The position numbers and the translations under genes are program-made. From NCBI GenBank assembly GCA_963828465.1, contig CAWHEU010000024.1, positions 32,001 to 96,000 on the forward strand: a stretch of DNA of 64,000 nucleotides, read 5' to 3'. Of this stretch, positions 30,075 to 39,146 are shown piece by piece (within the stretch, counting starts at the first letter, position 1; every line of letters begins with the position of its first letter). The notes under the pieces are model-generated. The model did no database searches. It was given only the letters and a program-made list of their open reading frames with translations, and was not told where the DNA came from. Source of the stretch: an uncultured Acidobacteriota bacterium. Its GTDB lineage: Bacteria > Actinomycetota > Acidimicrobiia > Spongiisociales > ZC4RG35.

Positions 30075-31044
30075 ATGGCGCACTTCGATCTTCCGCTCGA
30101 CCAACTGAAGACCTACGTCCCGGACGTCGAGGTACCGACCGACTTCGATGCCTTCTGGTCCATCACGGCTCGAGGACGCATCCCTTCATGCCATCGACGT
30201 GGCAGTGGAGCCGGCGGGCGACCTGATCAGGTCGGCTGACGTCCTGGATGTCCGGTTCTCCGGGCACGGTGGTGACAGGGTTGCCGCTTGGCTCTACCTG
30301 CCGCACGAGACGGCCGATGCAGCGCCCGTGGTGGTCGAGTACATCGGCTACAACGGAGGCCGGGGCCGGCCGATCGATTGGCTTCGCTGGTCGAGCGTTG
30401 GCTATCCGCATCTCGTCGTGGACTCGAGGGGACAGGGCGGAGTGTGGCGATCGAGTGACACACCCGATCCGGGAGACACAGGTGAGCCGGGGAGCAGGGG
30501 CTTCGTCACGCGAGGGCTGTCCGATCCGAAGGACCACTACTACTCGCGGCTTTTCGTCGATGCTGCTCGGGCAGTGGAAGCCACGAGGGCGATCGATTCC
30601 GTTGCCGATCGCCCGGTGGTCGTCTGCGGTGGGAGCCAGGGCGGTGCGCTCGCCCTCGCCGCGGCAAGTCTCTCCCAACAAGCGTCTGTGGTCCTCGCCG
30701 ACGTGCCGTTCCTGTCCGACTTTCGCCGCGCGGTGGCGATCACAGATGCGGCGCCGTTCTCAGAGATCAGGGACTACTGCGCGACATACCCCGATCGGGT
30801 TGGGTCCGTGTTCAGGACACTTTCCTACTTCGACGTCGTCAACCACGCCAAGAGGGTGACGTCGCCATCGCTGTTCAGTGTGGCGCTCATGGACGAGATC
30901 ACCCCACCTTCAACCGTGTTCGCCGCCTACAACAATCTCGCCGGGGAGCGTCGCATCGAGGTCTACGAGTTCAACGGGCACGAGGGAGGCGGCTCGGTCC
31001 ACTTCGAGAAACAGGTCGGATTCGTCCGCGAGCATCTCGGGTGA
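30075..31044 (+). CDS. Acetyl xylan esterase / cephalosporin-C deacetylase (CE7; apparent +1 frameshift near 30167)
   Basis: MAHFDLPLDQL..Y.P....P.DFDAFW in the first frame. Then RGQG, GGSQGG, LMDEITPPSTVFAAYN, HEGG. Confidence 0.88.
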
Positions 31045-31067
31045 GAGAGTCCGATCCGTATCGGGGT

Positions 31068-31424
31068 CTAAGCGCACACCTGATCTGCTCGAAGGCTCAC
31101 CGTCTGCGAGTTGGTGACCTCTACCGAAACCGGTTCTCCGTACCACCAGCATCCGGTCGTGGGACCGGTCGACTCTTCGAGGACGCCGCCAACCTGAAAG
31201 AGGTAGGTGCCAGGGCCGGGCACCTCCACGGTGACGGGTTCGTCAGAGACGTGAATGGTTTCTCTGAAGTCGCCCCCGCTGATCGAAACATCGACACCGA
31301 CGTCCTGCTCTGAAGACCGCTCGACGGCAACGGCGATCTCGATCGGAGTGGATGTCTCAATCGGGTCTGACGTGGTGCAGGCAGCCGCCAGGACGACCCA
31401 TGCCAGGACGCGAAGACACCTCAT
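31068..31424 (-). CDS. Hypothetical lipoprotein
   Basis: Lipobox LAAAC, small beta-rich domain. Confidence 0.65.
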   Translation of the reverse strand: MRCLRVLAWVVLAAACTTSDPIETSTPIEIAVAVERSSEQDVGVDVSISGGDFRETIHVSDEPVTVEVPGPGTYLFQVGGVLEESTGPTTGCWWYGEPVSVEVTNSQTVSLRADQVCA

Positions 31425-31462
31425 GGTGTCCTCGCGTCTAGAGTGCGGGTTGGATCCCGTGC

Positions 31463-33209
31463 TTAGAGCGGTCCCAGGCTGTCGAGATTCCCGGCAATGT
31501 ACGCACGGAGGAAGAACGACGCCATCTGCTGTCTCAGGATCGGGTCCTCAGGGCAGTAATTGGTGTTAGCAGGCGGGTTGCAGCCGCGGGTGATCCCCTC
31601 GAGCGGCAATCGAGTTGATGGCGTTGACGAACACCGAATTGGCTATGTCGGTGAACCCCTGGTCGCCGGCCGGGGGAAGGTTCAGAGCCCGGGTGAAGAA
31701 GCCGGCCATCTGCCCACGGCTGGTGATGTCGTCGGGGCAGTACCTGGTCGTTAGCCGGCGGGTTGCAGCCGAGGGTGATCCCCTCGAGGGCTATCGAGTT
31801 GATGGCGTTGACGAACACCGAATTGGCTATGTCGATGAAGCCCTGGTCGCCGGCCGGGGGTAGTGCACAGCCCTCGTACGAAGAAGGCGGCCATCTGCCC
31901 ACGGGTGGTGTCCTCGGTGGGGCAGTAATTGGTGTTAGCAGGCGGGTTGCAGCCCTGGGTGATCCCTACCCTCTCCATCCAGGCGATGGCCAGCGCAAAC
32001 GGGCTATCCGTAGGAACATCGACAAAGCTCGAGCCCACGATTTCGAAGGTCGTCCAGGTGACGGCACCCGATTCGCATTGCCCGACCACATGGTGTTCAC
32101 CTATCTCGTAAATAGCCGGAACTCGTGCATGAACGACTACCTGGCCACTGGCGTCGGCCTGATGCCAGCCGAGGTTGAGGGGGCCGGGGAACATGCGCAA
32201 ATAGACGAACTCGTTGGGGGCGCATCCGGACAGCGTGATTGTCACCAACTGCCCCGGCAAAGGTGTCTGGCCCCCCTTAGCGGTGACCGTCCCCCCAGGA
32301 TCCTCGTCACCCGGGCTGAGATCCTCGGGAGGGATTACAGGTGGTGGGGATGTGGGTGGAGGCGGCGGTGGTTGGGTTGTTGTTGTCGTTGCTGGTGGTT
32401 CCGGCGGCGGCGTCTGGCTCCAGTGGGCGGCATAACTTGCGGTACCGAGGCCTTCGAACGTGTTGGCCCCGAAGTTGAAGCTCTCCAGGAGCACCTGTGT
32501 GATTTCTGTCGCGTCCCCTGCGGATACTTCTTCGACCTCTACACCATTGATGAAGTACCTATATACGTGTGCAGGCTGACTTGTGTCGAGTTCGATCCTG
32601 AACGTCACCCACTCGCCGTAATTGAAGTCGACGCCGGGCAGGTTCACCAAGGTTACTGGGGCCTCTGAATCCCAGATGCGAAAGCCCTCGAAGGGTTCCG
32701 AGCCCGGGCCCCATCCAGTTCCCGGCGCACCGGTCAACGGAGGCCTGACGTTCGAGAACTCGATGATCCCGTAAGCCGGTTCGAGGCCGGCCGCAACAGT
32801 CACCGGGTCGAACACCCAGACACCGGCCCGTATTGCGTTGCCTTGCCAAGCGGGATCGAGGTAGAGGTCGACCTGGACGGCATCTCCGAATGACTCGGCC
32901 TTCTGGACGCCCTCCGTCCTATAGAACGCCGACACAGGGCTCGGATTGGCGCTGTCGATGCCGAGCCGGGCCACGTCGTTCCGGCCGAAAGCAGTGACAG
33001 ACGTAAAACCGCCTGTGGGGAAGGTGCGGTCCTGCCGCCCAAGTTGCCACTTCGCCCGGCGTGAATGGGCCCAGCAGGTCGTCCTCTACTTGGGCCGACA
33101 GACCGACCGAGAGGGTTGCAATCGCAAGGGCGGACACCCCCACAGCCACGGCGCGCCACAGGTTTCGTGTGCGCTCTTTCGGCTCCTCTGTCACCGTTGA
33201 AGACCTCAT
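31463..33209 (-). CDS. Secreted surface protein with C-terminal SLH-like repeats (several apparent frameshifts)
   Basis: Signal peptide, beta-sandwich-like domain, Pro/Thr linker, three GCNPPAN..CP...QMA.FF.RA repeats. Pieces join across frames (~33030, ~31870, ~31740, ~31600) to TAA at 31463. Confidence 0.7.
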
Positions 33210-33576
33210 AGCGTCACCTCGTTAGGGGGTAGGGACCGAATAAACCTAAGCACTAGTTCCTTCGACCGTCAACAAAAAATCCGTCGGGCGGTAGACCAAT
33301 CGAGTCCTCGTGTGCGTTGTTGTGACATGAGCGAGGAACCGTGGCATGAAGCCAAGGAATGATGAGGAATGATCGAACCAGCGTCGAAAGGGCCGACATC
33401 GGACATCGAGCCTTTTCGTCAGGGACTTCGATCAGTTCCTGACGATCACACCACTTACGCCTGCGGGGTACGAAGCCGTGCCGCTGATCACATTCGCCTC
33501 GTGGCCTGGCTCTTACCCGCCTTTCCGAGTGGGCCCACCCAGCGGCTATCACTGGTCCAAGCACCTACCTAGACCC

Positions 33577-35295
33577 TCATTTGATGCTTCCTGTCAGGTC
33601 CATTCCGTAACCGCGCCACTGTGACCATGCCAGCCATCGGTCTGCCCATGAGAACCCGACGACGTTTTCGTAGTCGTTGTTATGGAAGGTGATGTCTCGG
33701 GCGGTGAACACCGACTTGTCACCTACGTCTTGGGCCGCGCCTGTCCTTCCCGATCTGACCACTGTGTTGTCGTGAACGGAGACGTTCCTCAGGAGGTAGG
33801 GCCCGAGGGCCCCGGACCCTCGGTTCTGTTGGATCAGGGTGATCCCGTTGTAGTTGCCCTCGAGGATGTTGCCGTAGATGTCCACGCCCTGGCTACCCGC
33901 CACCATGATCCCGCCCTCCCAAAGCCAACCTCGAGTGCGGAACCCGTTGCCCCGAACCTGGTTGTTGCGGATCGTCGCCGAGTATGAGATTTCATGGAAG
34001 ATGCCCGCTCCCGAATTGCCCTCGACGATGTTGTTCTCATAGAGGGTGTTGACGTTGTCGGTGTCGGTCCACAGACCCGGGCCGTTGTTGTCATGTACGA
34101 AGTTGTCACGGACGACGAGGTTCTCCGTCGCGCCGAACTTGGACCCACCGGCTTCGTAGTACTCGTCGGCTCCGGTGGTGTTGTTCCTGTAGATCTCGTT
34201 TCCTTCGACCAGCGCCCCCGAATTCCGCACCCAAGAGATCTTGATGCCGATGACACCGTTGTCGTGGATCCTGTTGTTACGGGCGATCGACCCGTCGGAT
34301 AGGGTCAATCCGGCATAGCTGTTGTGGTGCAGGTCACAGTTCTCGATTGTCCAGCCGAAACCCGCCGCCGCCCCCTCGTAGGTTCGTGCCGTGATCGGTG
34401 CGTACTGATCGTCAGGGCTGTAATTCCGGATCTCCAAACCTCTGACGGTCACGTTGTTGGCGCGATTAGGTTGCACCGCCCAATCGGTGACGTTTCTACC
34501 GTCCATGACCGCTCCCGGCTGACCGACCAGCACGTCGCCATGTTTCAGGTTCGCGGTTTGTCCGTAGTGCACCCCTGACTCCACGACAAAGATCGTCCCG
34601 GCAGGTTCAGCCGCAATGATCGGGTTCCAGCTGACACCGATGGGAAGCAATGTTCCGGCTGGCGGAGGCGGGTTGATCGGGGTCAGGCCCAGGGCTCGCA
34701 TCAGGAAGGCCGCCATCTGACCACGGGTCACGTTGTCCTCGGGGCAGAAGCGGTCGTTGACCGGTGGATTGCAACCCTGCGTGATCTCTGCGGTGCCGAG
34801 CCGGTCGATCGCCGGCTCGAAGATCGAGTTGTCGTCGTCGACGTAGAGGCTACCCCCGCCGTCGTCAGTAAGTCCGAGGGCGCGGACCAGGAATCCGGCC
34901 ATTTGGGCGCGGGTCACGAAATCATCGCCGCAGTACCGATCGTTGGCCGGTGGGTTGCAGCCCTGGGTGACCAACGCGGTCTTGAGACGGTCGGCGGCGT
35001 CCTCGTAAACCGCCCCGTTGTCGTCGACGAACAGGTCACCTCCACCGTTATTGACATAGTCAAAGGCTCGGACCAAGAAGATCGCCATCTGACCTCTGGT
35101 AACCAGGTCGTCTGGGCAGTAGCGAGTGTTCGCGGGTGGGTTACAGCCGAGGGTGATCCCCTCGGCGGCGATGGCCTCGATAGCGCCCTCAAAGATGCTG
35201 TCGTTGTCGTCGATGAAGGTGCCGCCCGGTGGCAACGCGGCCCAAGCCATCGTGGCGGTGAGCAGAACGCACCCGACGGTTGCTGCGCCGATCAC
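33577..35295 (-). CDS. Secreted protein: three SLH-like repeats + right-handed beta-helix (pectin lyase-like) domain
   Basis: 3x GCNPP.N.R(Y/F)C....TR(G/A)QMA.FL.RA. Repeated N-x-I-x-x-N-x-x-x-GI units, GLWTD, GIFHEIS. Confidence 0.85.
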   Translation of the reverse strand: MIGAATVGCVLLTATMAWAALPPGGTFIDDNDSIFEGAIEAIAAEGITLGCNPPANTRYCPDDLVTRGQMAIFLVRAFDYVNNGGGDLFVDDNGAVYEDAADRLKTALVTQGCNPPANDRYCGDDFVTRAQMAGFLVRALGLTDDGGGSLYVDDDNSIFEPAIDRLGTAEITQGCNPPVNDRFCPEDNVTRGQMAAFLMRALGLTPINPPPPAGTLLPIGVSWNPIIAAEPAGTIFVVESGVHYGQTANLKHGDVLVGQPGAVMDGRNVTDWAVQPNRANNVTVRGLEIRNYSPDDQYAPITARTYEGAAAGFGWTIENCDLHHNSYAGLTLSDGSIARNNRIHDNGVIGIKISWVRNSGALVEGNEIYRNNTTGADEYYEAGGSKFGATENLVVRDNFVHDNNGPGLWTDTDNVNTLYENNIVEGNSGAGIFHEISYSATIRNNQVRGNGFRTRGWLWEGGIMVAGSQGVDIYGNILEGNYNGITLIQQNRGSGALGPYLLRNVSVHDNTVVRSGRTGAAQDVGDKSVFTARDITFHNNDYENVVGFSWADRWLAWSQWRGYGMDLTGSIK

Positions 35296-35558
35296 TCTCC
35301 ACTTTCCTATTGGGTCACCCCTTATCAGGTCGAGTGGTGTTAGCGAACCTATTCCATCGACTCTCGCGCGTCACTGCCAGTTGTTCACGATGAGCGTTTA
35401 CCAACTTTTCCGGGAGGGCATGGCGGAGCATGCAGCGGCCACGATAGAACGAGCGTTCGGGCGTAGGTATGCAATCCGCTTGCCAATTGGCCGTTGAGCA
35501 CTCTCGCCGAGTCGGTGGCCGCATCAGAAAACCTAAACGGGGTAAGGCTCTGCGTCGG

Positions 35559-35631
35559 TGGGTCCCGTGGGACTCGAACCCACAACCAACGGGTTAAAAG
35601 CCCGCTGCTCTACCAATTGAGCTAGAGACCC
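35559..35631 (-). tRNA. tRNA-Lys (TTT)
   Basis: GGGTCTCTAGCTCAATTGGTAGAGC...CTTTTAA...GGTTCGAGTCC...GGGACCCA. Confidence 0.96.
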
Positions 35632-35715
35632 TGGAGGATCAAAGGCTACCGGCCCGATTGGGCCACCAACTGCTGCCAGCTAGGGTGGCGTGCCAGTCGA
35701 GCTACGGTGGTCGAG

Positions 35716-36528
35716 ATGGAATTGATGACGGCGACGGCGCTGGCGATCGCAGTCGTGGCGGCGTTCAGGTCGACATGGTCCCCTTGCGGGGTGTCGATGC
35801 TCTCCTCGATCACTCCTCTCTCCGAGGCCGGTAGGGGTCATCGCTATTGGGCCACCGTGTCGTGGTTCGTGGTGGGGTCGGTGCTCGGTGGGTTGACCCT
35901 CGGCGCCGTAGCGGCTCTCGGCGCCATGGCCGTGGCCGGCCTGGGATTGTCGTCCTCCGGATCGGCCGCTTTCGTTCTCGCCGTCGGGTTGATCACCCTC
36001 GCCTCCGACCTCGGTATCGGTGGCTTCCGACTCCCGGCCAACCCACGTCAGGTGGAGAGGACGTGGCTCGATCGCTATCGCTCCTGGATCTACGGACTTG
36101 GCTTCGGCTGGCAGCTCGGAGTCGGGGTGGCCACCTATGTCATGTCGGCCAGCATCTATCTGATGGTCATCGTCGCCGCGGCGACCGGCGAGCCGTGGCT
36201 GGCGTTGGGAGTCGTCACATTTTTCGGTCTGCTCCGCGGGCTGGCGATCCTTCCCGCTGCCGGCGTGCGCACCCCGACCGACCTCGGGCGGCTCCATCGT
36301 CGCATCGAGCGCCTCCGTCCCACCAGCCGAGTGGTTGCCTTGGCCGGTCAGATCGGCGTTCTGACCGTTGCGGTCACCGTTCTCGCCGGAGTCCCCGTCG
36401 CGCTCGTGGTCGCCGCAGCCCTGTCGGTGGCTGCCTGGGTGTTCCGTGAGGGCCTGAGCGACCCAGCTCCCCGGGTGCGGGTGCCGGACAGCCCGGCCGA
36501 GCTGACCCAACCCGACTACAGCGGGTAG
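35716..36528 (+). CDS. Multi-pass membrane protein, MauF/DsbD-like (WSPCG motif)
   Basis: TWSPCGVSMLSSITP, RQV, YGLGFGWQLGVG. About 7 TM helices. Confidence 0.6.
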   Translation: MELMTATALAIAVVAAFRSTWSPCGVSMLSSITPLSEAGRGHRYWATVSWFVVGSVLGGLTLGAVAALGAMAVAGLGLSSSGSAAFVLAVGLITLASDLGIGGFRLPANPRQVERTWLDRYRSWIYGLGFGWQLGVGVATYVMSASIYLMVIVAAATGEPWLALGVVTFFGLLRGLAILPAAGVRTPTDLGRLHRRIERLRPTSRVVALAGQIGVLTVAVTVLAGVPVALVVAAALSVAAWVFREGLSDPAPRVRVPDSPAELTQPDYSG

Positions 36529-36887
36529 TCCCCGAACCGGCCCCAGGCAACGAAGACAGCCAGGGCGATCAGCACCACGTTGGCGATGATCGGCTGAGGT
36601 TCTTTCCGTCTGGCGTGCACCGCGATCGCACCAACCTGCTCGATGGCCAGGCCGGAGGCGGCGATCGGAACGAGAACAGGAGCGATCCCGGTCACGGCGG
36701 GGAGTATCAGACCTAGTGCCCCGAGGATCTCGACGACGCCGACAAACCTGACGAAACCGGGGGAGTAGTCCTCGGGCCAGCCCATGCTCGCCGTCAGCTT
36801 CTCATGCGGCTGCGTGCTCTTCATGATCCCGGCAGCCCCGAAGGCAAGAGCGAGAAGGATCTGGGCGATCCATAGGGCGGTGTTCAT
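36516..36887 (-). CDS. DoxX family membrane protein
   Basis: LWIAQILLA..F..AG.MK, GVVEILGALGLILP, AWGRF. Confidence 0.9.
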   Translation of the reverse strand: MNTALWIAQILLALAFGAAGIMKSTQPHEKLTASMGWPEDYSPGFVRFVGVVEILGALGLILPAVTGIAPVLVPIAASGLAIEQVGAIAVHARRKEPQPIIANVVLIALAVFVAWGRFGDYPL

Positions 36888-36898
36888 GGCTGCTTCCT

Positions 36899-37414
36899 TT
36901 ATGCCTCCACGGGCCGGGCCCGGCTGATCCCTATGCCGCCGAGGGTGTCGTCTCCGTATCTCTCGATCTCTTTGGCCAGGTCCAGTCGCTGGGCAGTCAT
37001 CACGACGTCCTCGGTGATCAGGTCGGCGGGAACCAGCCAGGAGACCTCGAACTCGATTCCATCTGGGTCCTTGCCGTAGAGCGCCTTGGTGGTGCCGTGG
37101 TCGGTAGCACCGACCAGGGCACTCCTGGTCGACAACTTGGCGCCTATCTCGGCCAGATCCTGGAGAGTGTCGACCTCCCAGGCGAGGTGATAGAGGCCGA
37201 CCGATTGCCGGCCTGCCGCCGAGTCGGCGGCCCCATCGCCGATGGAGAAGAGGCCGAGGTCGTGATCGTTGTTGGAGCCCTCGGCCTGCATGAACACGGC
37301 GCCGGGAATGGGGAGCGGCAGACGTCGAAAACCCAGCACCTCCTCATAGAAGCGAGCGGAACGCTCGGCGTCCCTGACATACAGGACGGCATGGTTGAGA
37401 CGATGAACGGACAT
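36899..37414 (-). CDS. VOC / glyoxalase family protein
   Basis: LNHAVLYV, HDLGL, GLYHLAW, DPDGIEFE. Confidence 0.9.
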   Translation of the reverse strand: MSVHRLNHAVLYVRDAERSARFYEEVLGFRRLPLPIPGAVFMQAEGSNNDHDLGLFSIGDGAADSAAGRQSVGLYHLAWEVDTLQDLAEIGAKLSTRSALVGATDHGTTKALYGKDPDGIEFEVSWLVPADLITEDVVMTAQRLDLAKEIERYGDDTLGGIGISRARPVEA

Positions 37415-37452
37415 TTTGCGTGCTCCTGATCTGGCTCTGAGCTTAGGTCAAG

Positions 37453-37472
37453 ATAATTGAAGTCTCAAATAT
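37453..37472. promoter_or_regulatory. Putative MarR operator
   Basis: AT-rich palindrome ATAATTGA-AGTC-TCAAATAT between the divergent VOC and MarR genes. Confidence 0.55.
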
Positions 37473-37492
37473 TCCCGGGTATGCTCCAGCTG

Positions 37493-37945
37493 ATGCCGAG
37501 CCCATTGACCAGGACCGAATTGAGGGCCTGGTCACGGTGGGCAGGTGGCTCGAGATCGCTGTTCAACGCCCTCGATCGCCAACTCCGCGACGAGTCGGGG
37601 ATGAGCCACGACGACTATCAGATACTGAGCCGGCTTCATCGCGCACCGGCGCGGGCCCTCCGGATGAGTGAGCTCGCCGCCGAAGTGGGCTTCTCGCCGA
37701 GCCGGCTCTCTCATGCCGTGAGACGGATGGAGGAAGAGGGGTGGGTCCAGCGCACCCCGAGCGAGATCGATCGTCGGGGCACGGAGTCCAGGCTGACCGA
37801 TCTCGGGGTGAAGGTGGTCGAGGATGCATCGCCCGCCCATCTCGCCCTGGTCAGGCGGCTCACCTTCGACGTCATCGGTTCGGAGAGGATGACGGCATTG
37901 GCGGAAGCGATGGACGAGATCGGGCGCAATGCCCGTGGTCGCTAG
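37493..37945 (+). CDS. MarR family transcriptional regulator
   Basis: LRMSELA...SPSRLSHAV.RME..GWV.R...DRRG...LT..G. Confidence 0.92.
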   Translation: MPSPLTRTELRAWSRWAGGSRSLFNALDRQLRDESGMSHDDYQILSRLHRAPARALRMSELAAEVGFSPSRLSHAVRRMEEEGWVQRTPSEIDRRGTESRLTDLGVKVVEDASPAHLALVRRLTFDVIGSERMTALAEAMDEIGRNARGR

Positions 37946-39060
37946 CCGGCCTTGGTGAAGACGTGCACCCCATCCTCCCAGACCACCATGATCCAGGGCG
38001 TCGACGTGCCCGGGGTCACCCCCAGATGTGATGGGCTGCCGGAGTCCGACGGGCTGAACGGGTCGACTATCGGTTCCATCTGACCGACCTGCCCGTCTGG
38101 GCTCACCGACACGAACCCTCCAATGCCAAGCGTCTCGTCCGATTCTGGTATCCCGTAGGCCACCAGGAAGATCGTCCCATCGACCCCGGTCTCCACCTCG
38201 ATCGCGCCGTGGGCGACGACCTCAGGGTCCTCCGAGTACCGCATCTGCAGTGTCCTGGTCAGCCCGGCGTCGGGTAGCTCGAGCACGATCTCGTCCCCGT
38301 TCACGCTCACCATGAAGGGCGTGCCGTCTCGGGCCAGTAGCCAGTCGACCGGATCCAGGGCTGGCTGTGCGGGGTCGAGGGCGTGAGGCGCCCCATCGTT
38401 GCCGAGCCCGTAGAGGAGCGCACCGTCGGTCGTCACCAGTGGCACGGCGCCCTCGAACGTGGCTCCCGTGGCCTGGCCGTCGGCGATCCGCAGCAGCGAC
38501 ATCGTGTCCTCCGAGGGAAATCCACCCGCGGTGATGGATCCGTCGTCGAGGCCCTGTGGCATTTGGTACTGGAAGTAGAGACCGTCGACCAGCAGGTTCT
38601 CGGGCATGACGACCTGGTCGAGATACGAGCCGTCGGCGGCGAAATGGGCGATGCGGAGACTGGCGGCGTCGAGGAACCACCATGAGCCGTCCGGTGTCTG
38701 GGTCCCGTAGTCCGGCCCGAGCATCAGGCCGTCGCCGCCCGGCGAGGTGCCGAGGAACTCCTCACCTTCGCCGTAAGGGAAGATCTGCTCGGTCCACCCG
38801 GGCCCCATTTCCGAGAACGGGGAGAGGAGGATGGGCACCGTCTGATCGGCGGCGGGGACACTCGTACTGGATGCGACCGTCGTCGTGGATCCGGGGGCGG
38901 TCGTCGTCGTATCAGCCGAAGTGGATGAGACCCCGGCGGTGGTGGTGGAGGTCGGTAGCTCGGTCGTGGTTGGTGGATCCGAGTCTCGATTGCAGACGGC
39001 GACCACGACAACGATGGCGACGACCAGGACGATCAAAGTGATGAGCCGGCCGCGAGACAT
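37942..39060 (-). CDS. Hypothetical membrane-anchored protein with Thr-rich linker
   Basis: N-terminal hydrophobic anchor, Thr/Ser stalk, acidic beta-rich domain. Confidence 0.65.
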   Translation of the reverse strand: MSRGRLITLIVLVVAIVVVVAVCNRDSDPPTTTELPTSTTTAGVSSTSADTTTTAPGSTTTVASSTSVPAADQTVPILLSPFSEMGPGWTEQIFPYGEGEEFLGTSPGGDGLMLGPDYGTQTPDGSWWFLDAASLRIAHFAADGSYLDQVVMPENLLVDGLYFQYQMPQGLDDGSITAGGFPSEDTMSLLRIADGQATGATFEGAVPLVTTDGALLYGLGNDGAPHALDPAQPALDPVDWLLARDGTPFMVSVNGDEIVLELPDAGLTRTLQMRYSEDPEVVAHGAIEVETGVDGTIFLVAYGIPESDETLGIGGFVSVSPDGQVGQMEPIVDPFSPSDSGSPSHLGVTPGTSTPWIMVVWEDGVHVFTKAG

Positions 39061-39146
39061 GGCGTCAGGTTATGACGGGGGTGCTCTGCTGGAGAGGACC
39101 GCTGTGGTGAGCAGCCCGATGCGATCGGCCCGATAGCCTCGCGTTG

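Noticed and set aside
31555-31975. ~185-bp direct repeats as a non-coding array
   Set aside because: They encode the SLH-like protein repeats on the minus strand.
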